Positions 1-12,239 are shown, counted from the whole stretch's first letter. The stretch is 62,629 nucleotides of DNA, filler included, from Chiloscyllium plagiosum (GCF_004010195.1; 3 parts of one record of this genome joined end to end with filler, not necessarily neighbours in it), one strand, 5' to 3'. Notes: generated by a model from the sequence alone, not told the origin. Made by a program: numbers and translations.

Positions 1-442
1 GCCTTTAGCTCCGCCCCTCCAACTCGGCGTTCAATTTCTTGGATTTCTCGGTCGTGCTTCTGCAGCGCGGCCAAGAGCGAGTCCCAACGATTTCTGGATT
101 CTGCAATAAAGGCATTGATCTTCGAATCCAGCTTGGAAAGCATTTCTGCAAGGCTTGTTACTGTAGGTAAGTCCCCCGCGGCAGCTGTGGACGCCTCTGC
201 TGCAGCTGGAGAGGGTGGGGGAGGGGTTCCTGCTTGCTTGAGAGCTGCGGGCTCCCTTCCCTTTAGTCATTTTTACTTAGGATTAAATTGTTTAAATGTA
301 ATATTACACAACCAATTAAATTACACAACTATTATAAATGATTTGGTGAGCTTGGTAGGGGGTGGGTGACCCACTGTACCCAAGTCTTGGGAGGAGCACA
401 TAGACTCAGTCTTGCTGGTTCGCCGCCATCTTGGATCCCCCC
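1..442 (-). mobile_element. LINE-1 (L1) element 5' end: 5'UTR plus N-terminus of ORF1p (coiled coil), running off the window
   Basis: Minus strand begins GGGGGGATCCAAGATGGCGGCG. ATG at 270 (MTKGKGARS). After a +1 shift the frame reads AGTPPPPSPAAAEASTAAAGDLPTVTSLAEMLSKLDSKINAFIAESRNRWDSLLAALQKHDREIQEIERRVGGAELK, a heptad pattern like L1 ORF1p. CpG-rich. Confidence 0.75.
422..433 (-). promoter_or_regulatory. YY1-type motif (CAAGATGGCGGC) at the L1 5' end
   Basis: Plus strand gccgccatcttg, about 10 nt inside the G-run that starts the element. Same position as the YY1 site in mammalian L1 internal promoters. Confidence 0.65.
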
Positions 443-859
443 AGCAGCACTTTCTAAACAAACACCTATTACCAACCAGGACAGCAAATACACAGGTACA
501 TCACCAGCTGTGAAGTTCCCTCTTTACTCAGCATTTACTCTGTCAAGGCCCTTAAGAGGTTTCCATGTTTCAACAGGTTTCTATGTTGTCACCTCATTCT
601 CCCACATTCCAGCAAACACAGGCATCGTCTACTCCATTCTCTCCTCCAGAGGATGGTACACACTGACAGAATTACACATACAATTTCATCTCACACATCA
701 TTTCCTTTGGCTTTTCTCAACTTGAGAATCTAAAATTAATTTCCTTACCAATTCTTATTTAAAGAAAAATACTTGGGTCTGTGTCTATCCATTTTTAAAA
801 AATATGCGTGGGGATGGGGGGGGTGGGGGGCCGGAGATTGCATCGTATTGAAGCACATC

Positions 860-1390
860 GGTTTCTGAGTGTTGAATATGGTGAACACTGAGAGGATGTT
901 CTCCTTTGTAGAAGAGTCTAGGAATGGAGGACAGTTTCAAAATAAAACCCCTCCCTTTAAGACAGAGTTTAGTTCACTTTCTTCCTCGGGATCATTTCTG
1001 TAGAACATGACTGATTTCTGGGATCTCAAGAAGAGGGGGCTGGGGAGGGTTCTAAGAGAAACCTTTAGAATTCTAACTAGACAGGGTAAAGACAGGAAGG
1101 ATGTTCCCAGTGACCAGGAGGTCACAGTCTAAGGATACAGGGTGGGGCATTTTGGGCTGAGATGAGGAGAGATGTCTTCACCCAGAGAGTGGGGATTTTG
1201 TGGAATTCTCCGCCACAGAATGTGGTTGAGGCCAGAACATTGAATAATGTTAAGGAGTTGGACACAATTTCTGGGGCTACAGGATGAAAGGGTATAGGGA
1301 GAAAGCAGGAACGGGGACTGAGTTGGATGGTCAGCCATGATCATATGGAATGGTGGAGCAGGCTTGAAGGGCCAAATGGTCTACGCCTGT
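860..1390 (+). mobile_element. CR1-type LINE 3' fragments
   Basis: Degenerate SLRIRG..F..EMRR..FTQRV...WNSL coding remnant followed by the atcagccatgatc...gggccaaatggtctac tail. Confidence 0.75.
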
Positions 1391-1416
1391 TTTCTACATT
1401 TCCAAAAGGTCCCTGC

Positions 1417-1452
1417 ATTCCTGAAGAAGGGCTTATGCCCGAAACGTCGATT
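1417..1452 (+). ncRNA. Minimal type-I hammerhead ribozyme motif in a Penelope-like element end (family A), intact core
   Basis: attc-CTGAAGA-A-GGGC ttat GCCC-GAAA-C-GTC-gatt. Predicted cleavage 3' of C1448. Confidence 0.7.
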
Positions 1453-2080
1453 TTCCTGCTCCTCGGATGCTGCCTGGCCTGCTATGTTTTTCCAGCATCA
1501 CATTTTTCAACCCTGCGCCTGAATGCATACCATTTCCGAATGTATAACCATTATAAGCTCGGCAATGTATCTGAAATGGACTTGATGCTGTTGTCATTAG
1601 CACACTCAGAATTTATCTGCAAGTGCTGTTTGACTGAACCACATCAACAAAGCAATGCTCTCTCTTGGGTTTTGTAAGCATGGACTGGAGGAATAAGAAC
1701 TGTTAGGAACCACTGAAGGAATATGCTGTTCAATTCAACCATCCAGTTGTCAGGACAGACAGCCGACACTCCAGCTCTCCTAACAGCACTGCATTTCATA
1801 CATGACATTTCTTTTTAAAACAGAGGGCAATTTCCCAGAGTTTTCATCTGAACAGTATTTTAGAAGTAAAGTTTTATTTGAGCTGCACGGCAGGGAGGAA
1901 AGCAACTTAATTAGGCAATTCAAGACCTGCCCTCTTCTGATAAGGAGCATCCTGTAGGTTAATGAAGGAGTGGGATTAGCACACACAATTATAATGGCAG
2001 CTTTTATAAAATGAAGACTTTGCAAAGAATCAGTTTTAAACCACTCAATTGTTTTCAGTTCAAGTGAAATAAAAATCATA

Positions 2081-2379
2081 GAATCCCTAGTGTGGAAAGA
2101 GGCCATTCAGACCATCTAGTCCACACTGACCCTCTGAAGAGGATCCCATCCCCTACCCCAACCCATTTCCCATGGCTAACCCACCCAGCCTGCACATACT
2201 TGGACAATTTAGCATTGCCAACTCACCTGACCTGCACATCTTTGAACTATGGGAGGAAACCAGTGCACCCGGATGAAACACACACACAGACATGGGGAGA
2301 ATGTGCAAACTCCACACAGTTACCCAAGAGTGGAATCAAACCCAGGTCCCTGGTACTGTGAGGCAGCATTGCTTACCAC
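2081..2379 (-). mobile_element. HE1-type tRNA-derived V-SINE (diverged)
   Basis: Reverse complement has the tRNA-like head, the tgtgtggagtttgcacattctcccc core and a CR1-like tail. Confidence 0.8.
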
Positions 2380-2534
2380 AGGGTCCCTGTTGCGTTCCTG
2401 TGTGATGTTTCTTTTCTCTGAATTGTAAGTTATATAACATTGCTCAACAGCTAATGTCACTAATTGTTATTATCCAAAGCATAGTAAACCATACTGTTAT
2501 TTATCACCATGGCATTTGAGTACTTTTTAGATAA

Positions 2535-2730
2535 AGGTGGCAGCAGAGTGGTGTCATCACTGGGCTACTAACACACCAGAGACAGGGGGTTTCGAATCAC
2601 ACCATAGCAGAAAGGTTTAAAAATTAAGTTCAATTAATAAATCTGGAATTAAGAACTAGTCTCAGTAATGTTATCATCACTTGTTGCAAAAAATGCATCT
2701 GGTTCACAAAGTCATTGGATAAATATCTGC
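2535..2730 (+). mobile_element. tRNA-derived SINE, second family (5' part)
   Basis: gtggtgtcatcactgggctactaa...gtttcgaatcacacc...aataaatctggaatt...catctggttcac; same family as 12240-12530 and 21995-22345. Confidence 0.65.
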
Positions 2731-2885
2731 GGGGGGTGGAATTAAATTGTAGGGGCATGGGAGACTCATGAGATTGTTCATCACAAAGGACAAAGACAGA
2801 GGCAATAGGTTGTATTGTCTCTTCCCTTGTCTATTAGACTGTAAATTATATGACCAAGAGATTTAAATGAGTAGGGGGTTAAATT

Positions 2886-3090
2886 GATCAAGATTAGAGT
2901 GGTGCTGGAAAAGCACAGCAGGCCAGACAGCATCCGAGCAGCAGGAAAATCGATGTTTCGGGTAAAAGCCCTTTATCAGGAATGGTCTTATGGCGATTTT
3001 CCTGCTCCTCGGATGCTGCCTGACCTGCTGTGCTTTTCCAGCACCACTCTAATCTTGACTCTAACCTCCAGCATCTGCAGTACCCACTTT
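2886..3090. mobile_element. Penelope-like family A end, head-to-head inverted pair
   Basis: agattagagtggtgctggaaaagcacagcagg...ggaaaatcga followed by its reverse complement cgattttcctg...cttttccagcaccactctaatct. Mutated hammerhead (CTGATAA) on the minus strand. Confidence 0.75.
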
Positions 3091-3119
3091 TGCCAGTTAG
3101 TGTCTCGGTATATATTAAG

Positions 3120-3310
3120 AGGAAGTGGCGGAGGCTGGTACAATTGCAATATTTAAAAGGCACTTGGATGGGTATTTAAATAGAAGGAGTTGGGGGGGAT
3201 ATGGGCTGGGTGCTGGCAGGTGGGACTAGATTGGGTTGAAAGATCTGGTCGGCATGGACGGGTTGGACTGAAGGGTCTGTTTCCAGGCTATACATCTCTA
3301 GGACTCTAAG
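3120..3310 (+). mobile_element. CR1/HER1-type LINE 3' end
   Basis: EVAEAGTIAIFKRHLDGY remnant and ...gggtctgtttcc...catctcta(t/g)gactct tail. Confidence 0.85.
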
Positions 3311-4261
3311 AGATAAGTGTATATCCTCACTACATCCTAACATGTAGACTTCATCTTAACACTGGCCACTTAAAGCATGACACACTTGTGGAAACATGCT
3401 ACCATTGGTAACAGAAGTTTAATGTCAGCCCAGACACTGATGTGCCTGTGAATATAATATTTCTATGTAAATGAGTGAACTGTTAGAGCTTTCAATAACA
3501 CACTACCCACATGTTTGTTTTCTGACCCAGTACTTACTGGTTTATTATTTTCTTTGGGACCCAGGAACATGGAAAGGGAAATAAAGGAATGATATTAAAC
3601 TGCAAGGAATGGGCTCCCCCCTCTGTTGGGTCCACACCGACTACAGTGGGTCAGGAAGGCAGCTGCTATAATCTCTTCAAAGGCTAACGAAAAGCAAACC
3701 ATCCCCACATCCCAGAATAACACTTAATGCATTAAATCACAGTGCTTGAATCACCAGTTAAAGTGTACCAATTCAAAACTTCCAGCATCTGCATTTTCAA
3801 AAGTTAGATTGATGCCCCTATTTGCATTTTTCAACTCGACTTAATATGTACATCCCCCCTGATTGCCAAAGGCTTATTAGCAAAAAAAAAACGCCTGCAT
3901 CATTCCAGTGAATTTACATTTTTTAATTGAAAAGCATGTCAAGCACTTTATTTTCCACACTGTCAATTAACATAGTAGATTATCCCTGAAAAGGAAAGCA
4001 GTCTTTCCCCTCTTCTGTGTTGTTGTTTTCCGAATCCCGATTGAGGTTTGGATCCATTTTTGATGCAGGCTTTGCAGCACTGCGTTCCCATCGTTACACA
4101 ACAAGCAAACCAGCCACATGGCTGCCACATGTTTGTCCAGCTCTCCCTTCCTCGTACAAGTGGAAATCGTGGCCACAATTTGAAATAAAGTGGGATCTGT
4201 TGGAATGTTGCCCTCCTGAGGAGCATGCACACAGACAGAGGAGTAAGTAGCCGTACTTACT

Positions 4262-4405
4262 GGGCTGCTCTCTCATTGGAGAGAGGTGACTCAGGTGGTT
4301 TAACCTGAGGGTCTCCATGCCTCAGGTGAGGGGAGGGGTTAAGGAGAAGAATGCTCAAGGACACCTCAGCTGGTGCGGGAATTGAACCCACACTGTTGGC
4401 ATCTC
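4262..4405 (-). mobile_element. tRNA-derived SINE, third family (fragment)
   Basis: Minus strand has B-box GGTTCAATTCC and an internal stem CCTGAGG...CCTCAGG. Family not identified. Confidence 0.5.
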
Positions 4406-4889
4406 TCCAACAGATACATATTCCCTCGTTAATTAAGATGTCACCCATATAATTTGACTGTTTGGGGACCTTGTTAGAGGGGAGATTTCTAGCGAGTAGA
4501 ACTGACCAGCCAAGTGCCGGCAAATGGGACTAGATTAATTTGGGATATCTCGTGTGCATGGAAGAGTTGGACCGAAGGGTCTGTTTCCGTGCTGTATAAC
4601 TCTATGACTGGATGGGCCGGGGCTGTTTTCTTTCGAACAGGGGAGATTTGAGAGAGACGGGTACATCCACAAGAGAGGAAAGAATCTCCTCCCTTAGGAT
4701 GGGGTTCTGTAACAAGGAGATATAAGATTTCAGACACATGGGCATGAGGGATCAAGGGGAATCTTTCAGCCGGAAGGTGGTAGTGATCTGGGTGGTGCTG
4801 GAGGTAGAAACCCCTTTACCAAATACATGGGATATCCACCTGAGGTGCCAGTGGCTATAAGGAGTACAGAGCGATAGTGGGATTAGAAG

Positions 4890-5290
4890 CAAAATATTGC
4901 AGACGCTGGAAACCTGAAACAAACACAGAGAAAAGTGGAGAAACTCAGCAGATCTGGCAGCATCTGTGGAGACAGAATCAGTTTTAACATTTTGGACCTG
5001 GGATGACTCTTCCTCGGTGAGAAATCACATTACACCAAGTTATTGTCCAACAGGTTCACCTGAACGGGCAGTGCTCTGAAAGCTTGTGATTTCAAATAAA
5101 CCTGTTGGACTATTACCTGGGTGTCATATGACTTCTGACTTTGTCAGTCCTGATGAAGGGCTTATGTCCGAAACGTCGATTTTCCTGGTCCTCGGATGCT
5201 GCCTGACCTGCTGTGCTTTTCCAGCGCCACTCTAACCTAGACTCCTAACTTTGCCCACCCCAGTCCAACACCAGCACCTCCACATCATGT
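4890..5290. mobile_element. Cluster of Penelope-like ends: family D (minus), family B inverted pair, nested family A
   Basis: gagaaactcagcagatctggcagcatctgtggag (D); gtccaacaggtt / aacctgttggac inverted (B); family A at about 5146-5245 interrupts the B tail. Confidence 0.65.
5146..5181 (+). ncRNA. Minimal hammerhead ribozyme motif (family A), intact core
   Basis: agtc-CTGATGA-A-GGGC ttat GTCC-GAAA-C-GTC-gatt. Stem I has 4 bp including G-U. Confidence 0.7.
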
Positions 5291-5464
5291 CTTCCCCAGT
5301 GAGATGAAGCTGGATAGCGACTTGTTATCCAGTGTGGATATGACGGGCCTTCACCTCTGCTGTAAATCTGAGAGATCCTTGATTTCCATGAAGGCAAATG
5401 ACGCAGTTAATCATAGACAGACATTTCCTGCAACATGCTGATAAAATGAAGTCAGACCCCAGCA

Positions 5465-6625
5465 AAAAATTCCAAAAGTAGCCTTTAATTTATATCCGGG
5501 CCAGAGGTGTAATGTTTTGATTCTGGTACACAATAAAATAGCCAAAAGCCATCGTCACAATTCTCTCCTGGTTCAAAAGCTCTTCCTTAATGAATGTGCT
5601 ACCAGCATCTCTCCCACCCCTCCTGGTATTTGGTACAAACCATGTAAAACATTTGTGCTAGTTAAGAATTAGAAAAGAAAAATAGTTGTCATGGTCTATC
5701 TAAATTTTCAAACTGGTCAACACCACTTGCTCCAAAAGCATTTCTTCGTCAACACCAATTCCCTTCGTGAAAACAAAATGGTAAAAACATGCAAAAAAGA
5801 AAAATCTGAATTGCCCAAAGTTTGTTTTTCTGACAACATGATTTGGAACTGGTCTGTCGAATAAGTCTCTGAACATTATGTACACTTTCTTTTTGTACAA
5901 CAGATTTTAAAGAAAAAAAAATTAATACCATTTTTCAGCTCGAGGCTGAACTTCAACTCTCATTTTCTTTTGTGGCTTGAGAAAATGGAAGTTTCACAGC
6001 ACTGTGACGAACATCAGGACCACCTTCTGTAAGTCTCAGCCTGTTTCAAATGTACTGCAGTGCTTTTCAAAATCCGTGGTCTGAAATCTGCTCACTTTCT
6101 CCGCTGAAACAAAAGGCGATGTTTAAAAAAAACCCAGGAGATTTGGTGTCTTTAGCATCTTATTTAAACTAAAAGCAGAGAATAGCTCATCATCGTCTAA
6201 CTGAGTTTCCCCTAAGCCCCTCCACTGTGTTGCCGTTGGAGAGGATCAAGAAAAGAGGATTATCACTTCAAAAATGTCACAGGTACTTTTAAAGCGTGTA
6301 ACATAAATCTAATGATTCTGGAGATCAAAAAAGTGTACAAAAAGGCACAAAATCCCAGTGCTTCTGTACTTTGAGATTCAAGTGTAACAGAGCTCTTATC
6401 AATATTTCCTTTAAAACAGTGTCAGTTTACCGATAACTTCACTCACGCAAGTAGTTTGCAGCCTGTACTGAACGTGCGTTTTAACCAGTTGACTAACATG
6501 TAAAAGCCTAGCTCTTTTTTTCATGTGTGTGTATGTGTGTGTGTGTGTGTTGCTGGAAATAAATCGGTCAGAAGTTCTTAAAAAGTCTGCAAACATTCCC
6601 ACTTGCGCTGGAAAGAAGAGAGTTC
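5465..6625 (-). promoter_or_regulatory. Cadherin 3'UTR (~1.15 kb, free of interspersed repeats, AU-rich)
   Basis: Directly follows the stop codon. Seed matches: miR-194 CTGTTACA (6383-6390), miR-124 GTGCCTT (6342-6348), miR-218 AGCACAA (5653-5659). Confidence 0.8.
5484..5489 (-). terminator. Probable polyadenylation signal (ATTAAA) of the cadherin gene
   Basis: tttaat on plus. Lies at the end of the non-repetitive UTR and is followed on minus by U-rich ggctacttttggaattttttg. Confidence 0.6.
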
Positions 6626-6874
<249 letters not shown>

Positions 6875-7034
6875 TTACGAAAAGCTGCTGTTTAATATTG
6901 AAATGGTGGGTGAGCAAATTTTAAGTGCAACTTCAGTGGCACTGTTCCCTGCAGGCTTTTGATATTTTCACAATTTATGTACAACAGCTCAGTGGCCAAC
7001 ACTCCCTCGCACATAGTCAGTGACTCTCAGAAAT

Positions 7035-7525
7035 GTACAGCACACAGATACAGATCCTTTGGTCCAACTCGTCCATGCCGATCAGATATCCTAAATTAAC
7101 CTAGTCCCATTTGACAGCACTTGGCCTATATCCCTCTAAATCCCTCCTATTCATATACCCATCCAGATGCCTTTTAAATGTGGCAATTGTACCAGCCTCC
7201 ACCACATCCTCTGGCAGCTCATTCCATACACGTACCACCCTCTGCGTGAAAAAGTTGCCCCTTAGGTCTCTTTTATATTTTTCCCCTCTCACCCTAAACC
7301 TATGCCCTCTAGTTCTGAACTCCCTGACCCCAGGGTAAAGACTGTGTCTACTTACCCTATCCATGCCCCTGATTATTTTATAAACCTCTACAAGGTCACC
7401 CCTCAGCCTTTGACGCTCCAAGGAAAACAGCCCCAGCCTGTTCAGCTTCTCCCTGTAGTTCAAACCCTCCAACCCTGGCAACATCCTTGTAAATCTTTTC
7501 TGAACCCTTTCAAGTTTCACAACAT
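7035..7525 (-). mobile_element. CR1/HER1-type LINE 3' end
   Basis: ORF 7101-7520 KLERVQKRFTRMLPGLEGL...FFTQRVVRVWNELP...FKRHLDGYMN is the CR1 ORF2 C-terminus. Confidence 0.92.
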
Positions 7526-8149
7526 TAGGATGGCAGATTTCACTCCCCAGAGGACATCAGTGACCCAGATGGGTTTTTATGGCAATCAGTAGTGTTTATG
7601 GACCAGACCAAACGCTCTGAACATGTTAAGATGATACCCTTCAAGTTGTGATCTCTTTCCATGACGATGTAGTGGGTTAGGTATAACATCAAAAGTCTTT
7701 TGAAGTCCTCACTGGGAGCAAACACGATTCCGTTTTGCATCTTTCTATCTTTGCTACTGTTAAACGACTTTGGTTCATTGACACAAGGTAACATTCCAAA
7801 GCTGACAGAACACCGTTCAGATTTGCTCACCCAAGGTCTAAAGGAACAACAACGTCAAGTTCTCATGGGGACTCTACACTGATGGTGTCACACTCCGTAT
7901 CTCAGGAGAATGTAGACAGACTGGTGGGGAAAACAGGCACGTGGCAGACAGAACACAATGCAACAAAACATCTCACTAGCACGTGAGGCGACGTGGGAAT
8001 ACATTTTACTTTTTTTTAAATCAGGTTGAGTGGTCAGGGAGTGATTTCAGATTCAGCAATAATTTTCAAAAAGGAAAGTGGATAAATATTTGAAGGGATG
8101 GGGCAGGAAAATCAGCCAAGTGGAACAACCCTCAGAGAATCAAGCTTTA

Positions 8150-8880
8150 GAGAGGATGCTGCCCGGACTGGAGGGCATATCTTATGAAGAAAGGTTGAGG
8201 GAGCTAGGGCTTTTCTCATTGGAGTGAAGAAGGATGAGAGGTGACTTGATAGAGGTGTACAAGATGTTGAAAGGAATAGATAGAGTGAATAGCCAGAGAT
8301 GTTTTCCCATGGCTGAAATGTCTATTACGAGGGGGCATAATTTTGAAAGGTGGTTGGAGGAAGGTTATTTTGATTAGATTCCCTACAGTGTGGAAACAGG
8401 CCCTTTGGCCCAACCAGTTCACACCGACCCTCCGAAGAGTAACCCATCCAGACCCATTTCCTTCTGACTAATGCCCTTAACACTAGGGCAATTTAGCATG
8501 GCCAATTCACCTGACCTGCACATCTTTGGACTGTGGGAGGAAACCCACACAGACACTGGGAGAATGTGCAAACTCCACACAGACAGTCGCCCGAGGCTGG
8601 AATCAAACCTGGGACCCTGGTGCTGTGAGGCAGCAGTGCTAACCACTGAGCCACCGTGCTGCCCCATAAATGGGGAGATGTCAGAGGTAGGTGTGTGGAA
8701 TGCACTGCCAGCAGTGGCAGTGAGTCAGAGACATTGCGGACATTTCAGTGACTCTTGGGACAGGCACATGGATGATAGTACAATGAAAGGTATGTAGGTT
8801 AGTACAATCTTAGAGTAGGATAAAAGGCCAGCACAACACAGAGGGCCGAAGGGCCTGAATTGTGTTGTACTGTTCAATGT
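8150..8880 (+). mobile_element. CR1 LINE 3' fragment interrupted by an HE1 SINE
   Basis: RMLPGLEGISYEERLRELGLFSLE..RGDLIEVYKM remnant that resumes after 8665 with WNALP. Confidence 0.8.
8371..8665 (-). mobile_element. HE1-type V-SINE
   Basis: Reverse complement of gggcagcacggtggctcagtggttagcactgctgcctcacagc... through the ctaatc tail. Confidence 0.9.
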
Positions 8881-8985
8881 GCAGTCAGCAGGCCGAATGG
8901 CCCTTTTGTACATGGGATGAGAGTGCCTATTGCCCATCCCTAAACACCCTGGAGAAGGGTGGAAGGGAGCTGCCTGCTTTGACCA

Positions 8986-9634
8986 TGTTTATGGACCAGT
9001 CCAAACCTCCTCAATGTTAAGAAGATAGCCTAAACCCCAACCTTTTCTTATTTTAAAGACAAGTGTCAGGAGTTGCATTCTAAATGCAATTCGATTGGTC
9101 AAACTTGAAGCCAAACACACTTCATTCATACTCTGTGGTTAAAATACAAACAAAAGGAAGGAGGAACGGGAATAATTAACTCACCTGGAAAACTTAACAG
9201 GATAATAGATTATTTAACTACTAAACAGTAACTGTTCCAGTGTAGTAACTTCCAAAAACACACTTCCAAAGGCAAATTCAGTAAAGTAGATAGCCTCACA
9301 GGCAATTCTTTAGTCCAGGTAGAAAAACCAAGAGAAATCTCAGAGAGAGTGAGAGCAGTGGGGAGAGATGTACTGCAGCTTCCAAACCCAGCTTCAAGCC
9401 CCCAGCAACTGCACCTGAAAAGCTAAAACTAAAAATCCTGGTTCTGGTGGAGCTGTCCTCAGCCGTTCAGGCTGCTTCTATTGTTCCAACCTTAGGGGGG
9501 AAAACCCCCCAAGGTGCCTCAAGCTGTATATTTAAGGGCTTTCAATAGACAGCTCTGTACTTCTGCCTTAAAACCTCTCTTCAAAAAAAAATCCAGCGCT
9601 ACATATACCTCTGAAAGCCATAGCATTGTCCACA
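8986..9634 (-). mobile_element. Putative solo LTR (Gypsy-like)
   Basis: TG...CA termini, ~650 bp, non-coding. Its terminus tgtttatggaccag..caaa recurs at about 7593-7640. No clean target-site duplication seen. Confidence 0.45.
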
Positions 9635-9967
9635 ACAGTAGCCAACTGCTCATCATTTGGTCAGCTCCTTGCAAATTTTTATTGAATTCAAATTTTAAAA
9701 TCTGTCATGGGATTTGAAGCCATGACCTCAGGATATTTATCTGTTTCTGCATTATCACTACGCCACTATCTCCATCGCCCTCCCCTCAGTGTCATATTTT
9801 ATTTTATCGTGCTCCTGTGAAGCACCTTGGGATATTTTACTAAGTTAAAACGTTCAAGATGAAGAGGTTATTATAAAGGTGCAATGATAACAGATTATTA
9901 TTGTTCTTCCTGTATAGATGACTCTGGTTTTTGTTCCTGTCAACAGGTCTGAACAGTTTCTCTACAT

Positions 9968-10280
9968 TTGGCTCAGTGGTTAGCACTGCTGCCTCACAGC
10001 ACCAGGGACCTGGGATCAATTCCATCCTCAGGCACATTCTCCCTATTTGGGTTTCCTTTCAGTACTCCGGTTTCCTCCCACAATCCAACGATGCGCAGGT
10101 TAGGGTAGATTGGCCATGAGGAATTCCCATAGTGTCCAGGGATGTACAGGCTAGGTGGGTTAGCCATGTGAAATACAGGGTTACTCGGATAGGGTTTGGG
10201 TCGGGCTGCGATGCTCTTTGGAGGGTCGTTGTGGATTTGATGGGCTGAATAGCCTGTTTCCACACTGTAGGGATTCTATG
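9968..10280 (+). mobile_element. HE1-related SINE variant
   Basis: tggctcagtggttagcactgctgcctcacagc head; variant body ccagggatgt.caggctaggtggg; ...tgtagggattctatg tail. Same variant at 40734-41060. Confidence 0.8.
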
Positions 10281-10414
10281 ATCCATCTTTCTGACTTTAA
10301 GGACATCCTGTTAAGCCTAGCCCTCAGTCTCCAACTGTACTCTGAGGCATCCCTGCGAGGGACAATCACTTGGTGCTAAACAAAGATGAGGCCAGAATGT
10401 TCTCCAGTGCCTCA

Positions 10415-10735
10415 GGGTTTAGATAGGGTTGACCATGAGAACCTTTTTCCATGTATGGAGTCAGCTATTACGAGGGGGCATAGCTTTAAATTAAGGGGTG
10501 GTAGGTATAGGACAGATGTTAGGGGTAGGTTCTTTACTCAGCGAGTCGAGAGTTCATGGAATGCCCTGCCAGTAGCAGTGGTGGACTCTCCCTCTTTATG
10601 GGCATTTAAACGGGCATTGGATAGGCATATGGAGGATAGTGGGCTAGTGTAGGTTAGGTGGGCTTGGATCGGCGCAACATCGAGGGCCAAAGGGCCTGTA
10701 CTGCGCTGTATTCTTCTATGTTCTTCTATGTTCTA
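10415..10735 (+). mobile_element. CR1 LINE 3' end (young, CpG-rich)
   Basis: GLDRVD...RGHSFKLRGGRYRTDVRGRFFTQRV..WNALP; tail gggccaaagggcctgtactgcgctgta(ttctatg)n. Confidence 0.9.
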
Positions 10736-10789
10736 GTATCCCTTTTATGGGATGGCAAGACTGATGTATGAAGATAGTCTGAACTAATT

Positions 10790-11105
10790 AGATTGGATTA
10801 CAGTATGGAAACAGCTCTTTGGCCCAACGAGTCCACACCTATCCTCTGAAGAGTAACCCACCCAGACCCATTTCCCTACCCTACATCTATCCCTGACCAA
10901 ACCACTTAACACTATGGGCTACTTAGTGTGGCCTAACCTGCACATCTTTGGACTGAGAGAGGAAACCGGAGCACCTGGAGGAAACCCACGCAGGCACAGG
11001 GAGAACGTGCAAACTTCACACAGACAGTTGCCCGAGGCTGGAATCGAACCCGGGTCCCTGGCACTGTGAGGCAGCAGTGCTAACCACTGACCCATTGTGC
11101 CACCC
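10790..11105 (-). mobile_element. HE1-type V-SINE
   Basis: Full head, core and tail in reverse orientation. Confidence 0.9.
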
Positions 11106-12239
11106 GAAGCACAATATTCACTGGGGTTTAGAAGAATGAGGGTGGGGGGGGGGGGGTGTCTCGGAAAAACCTATAAAATTCTAACCGGACGAGACAGGGT
11201 AAAAACAGGAAGGATGTTTCCGGGGAGTCCAGAGGCGGAAGGGGGGGTCACAGTCTAAGGATGCGGGGTGGGCCATTTCAGACCGAGATGGGGAGAAATG
11301 TCTTCACCCAGAGAGTGGGGAGCCTGTGGGATTCTCTACCACAGGAAGTGGTTGAGACCGAAACACTGAATGTTTTCAAGGAGCTCTGAGGGCTAAAGGG
11401 ATCAAAGGGTCTGGAGGCAGGGGAGTGATCTGGACATCTCTTCTTTTATTTTTGCCTCTGTTTTCAATCCTCCCTTTTGTATACTCAGATGATGCTGGAG
11501 AATGGCGACCTTATACACTTTTGACTGTATTCCTGCACTCGGGTACACGTGACAATAAAATCTGAAGACCAGCAGCATTCACAGGACTCCATGCATGGTC
11601 AGATTTACTAAGACCACCCAGGAACAAAATCTGTACGAACTTGGGGAATAATGTAACTGATGCCACAAGAAAAATAGAATCAAACCCATTAGCAGGTTCT
11701 AAGAAAGGCGTACATACCTGAGACACAGGCTAGATTCTGCTTCAGCATTTACAGGAATATTTTATTTTGCTTTGGGACACCTAGACTTTCTATACTCATT
11801 CTGAACAATGGGAGAGGTTTCAGTTCCATAGTGAACAACAAAGTGAACACTAGAATCATCAAAAAGCTCTGAGACGGTGGCATTGATTTGAAGTCCCAGC
11901 TGAATAACAAGTGGCAGAAGGCAGGCCCAGAGGTAATGGGATCAAAGCTCGGGGACCCTGGCTTTCTCAAGTTCAAAAGTAACCAGATAGCAACCTCTGA
12001 ACTCTACAGGATATTCTTAATGTCAAGGATACAAAGGTGAAAAAGCTAAAACAGGATAATGGACAAAGAACATCAGTGACAGTGCAGGCAACAATCAATC
12101 AATCAGAGCAAGAGGCCATTCAGCCCAGAACCTGTACTGGCTCTTTTCAAATTAATTTAGTTAGTCCTTCTCCACATATTCCAAAGTCCTTTCCTCCTTA
12201 AAGTATGGACCCTATTCCCTTTTGTAGGCTACAATTTCC

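Noticed and set aside
3948..3953. AATAAA on minus as a distal poly(A) site
   Set aside because: Separated from the UTR by about 1.1 kb of repeats; no support beyond the hexamer.
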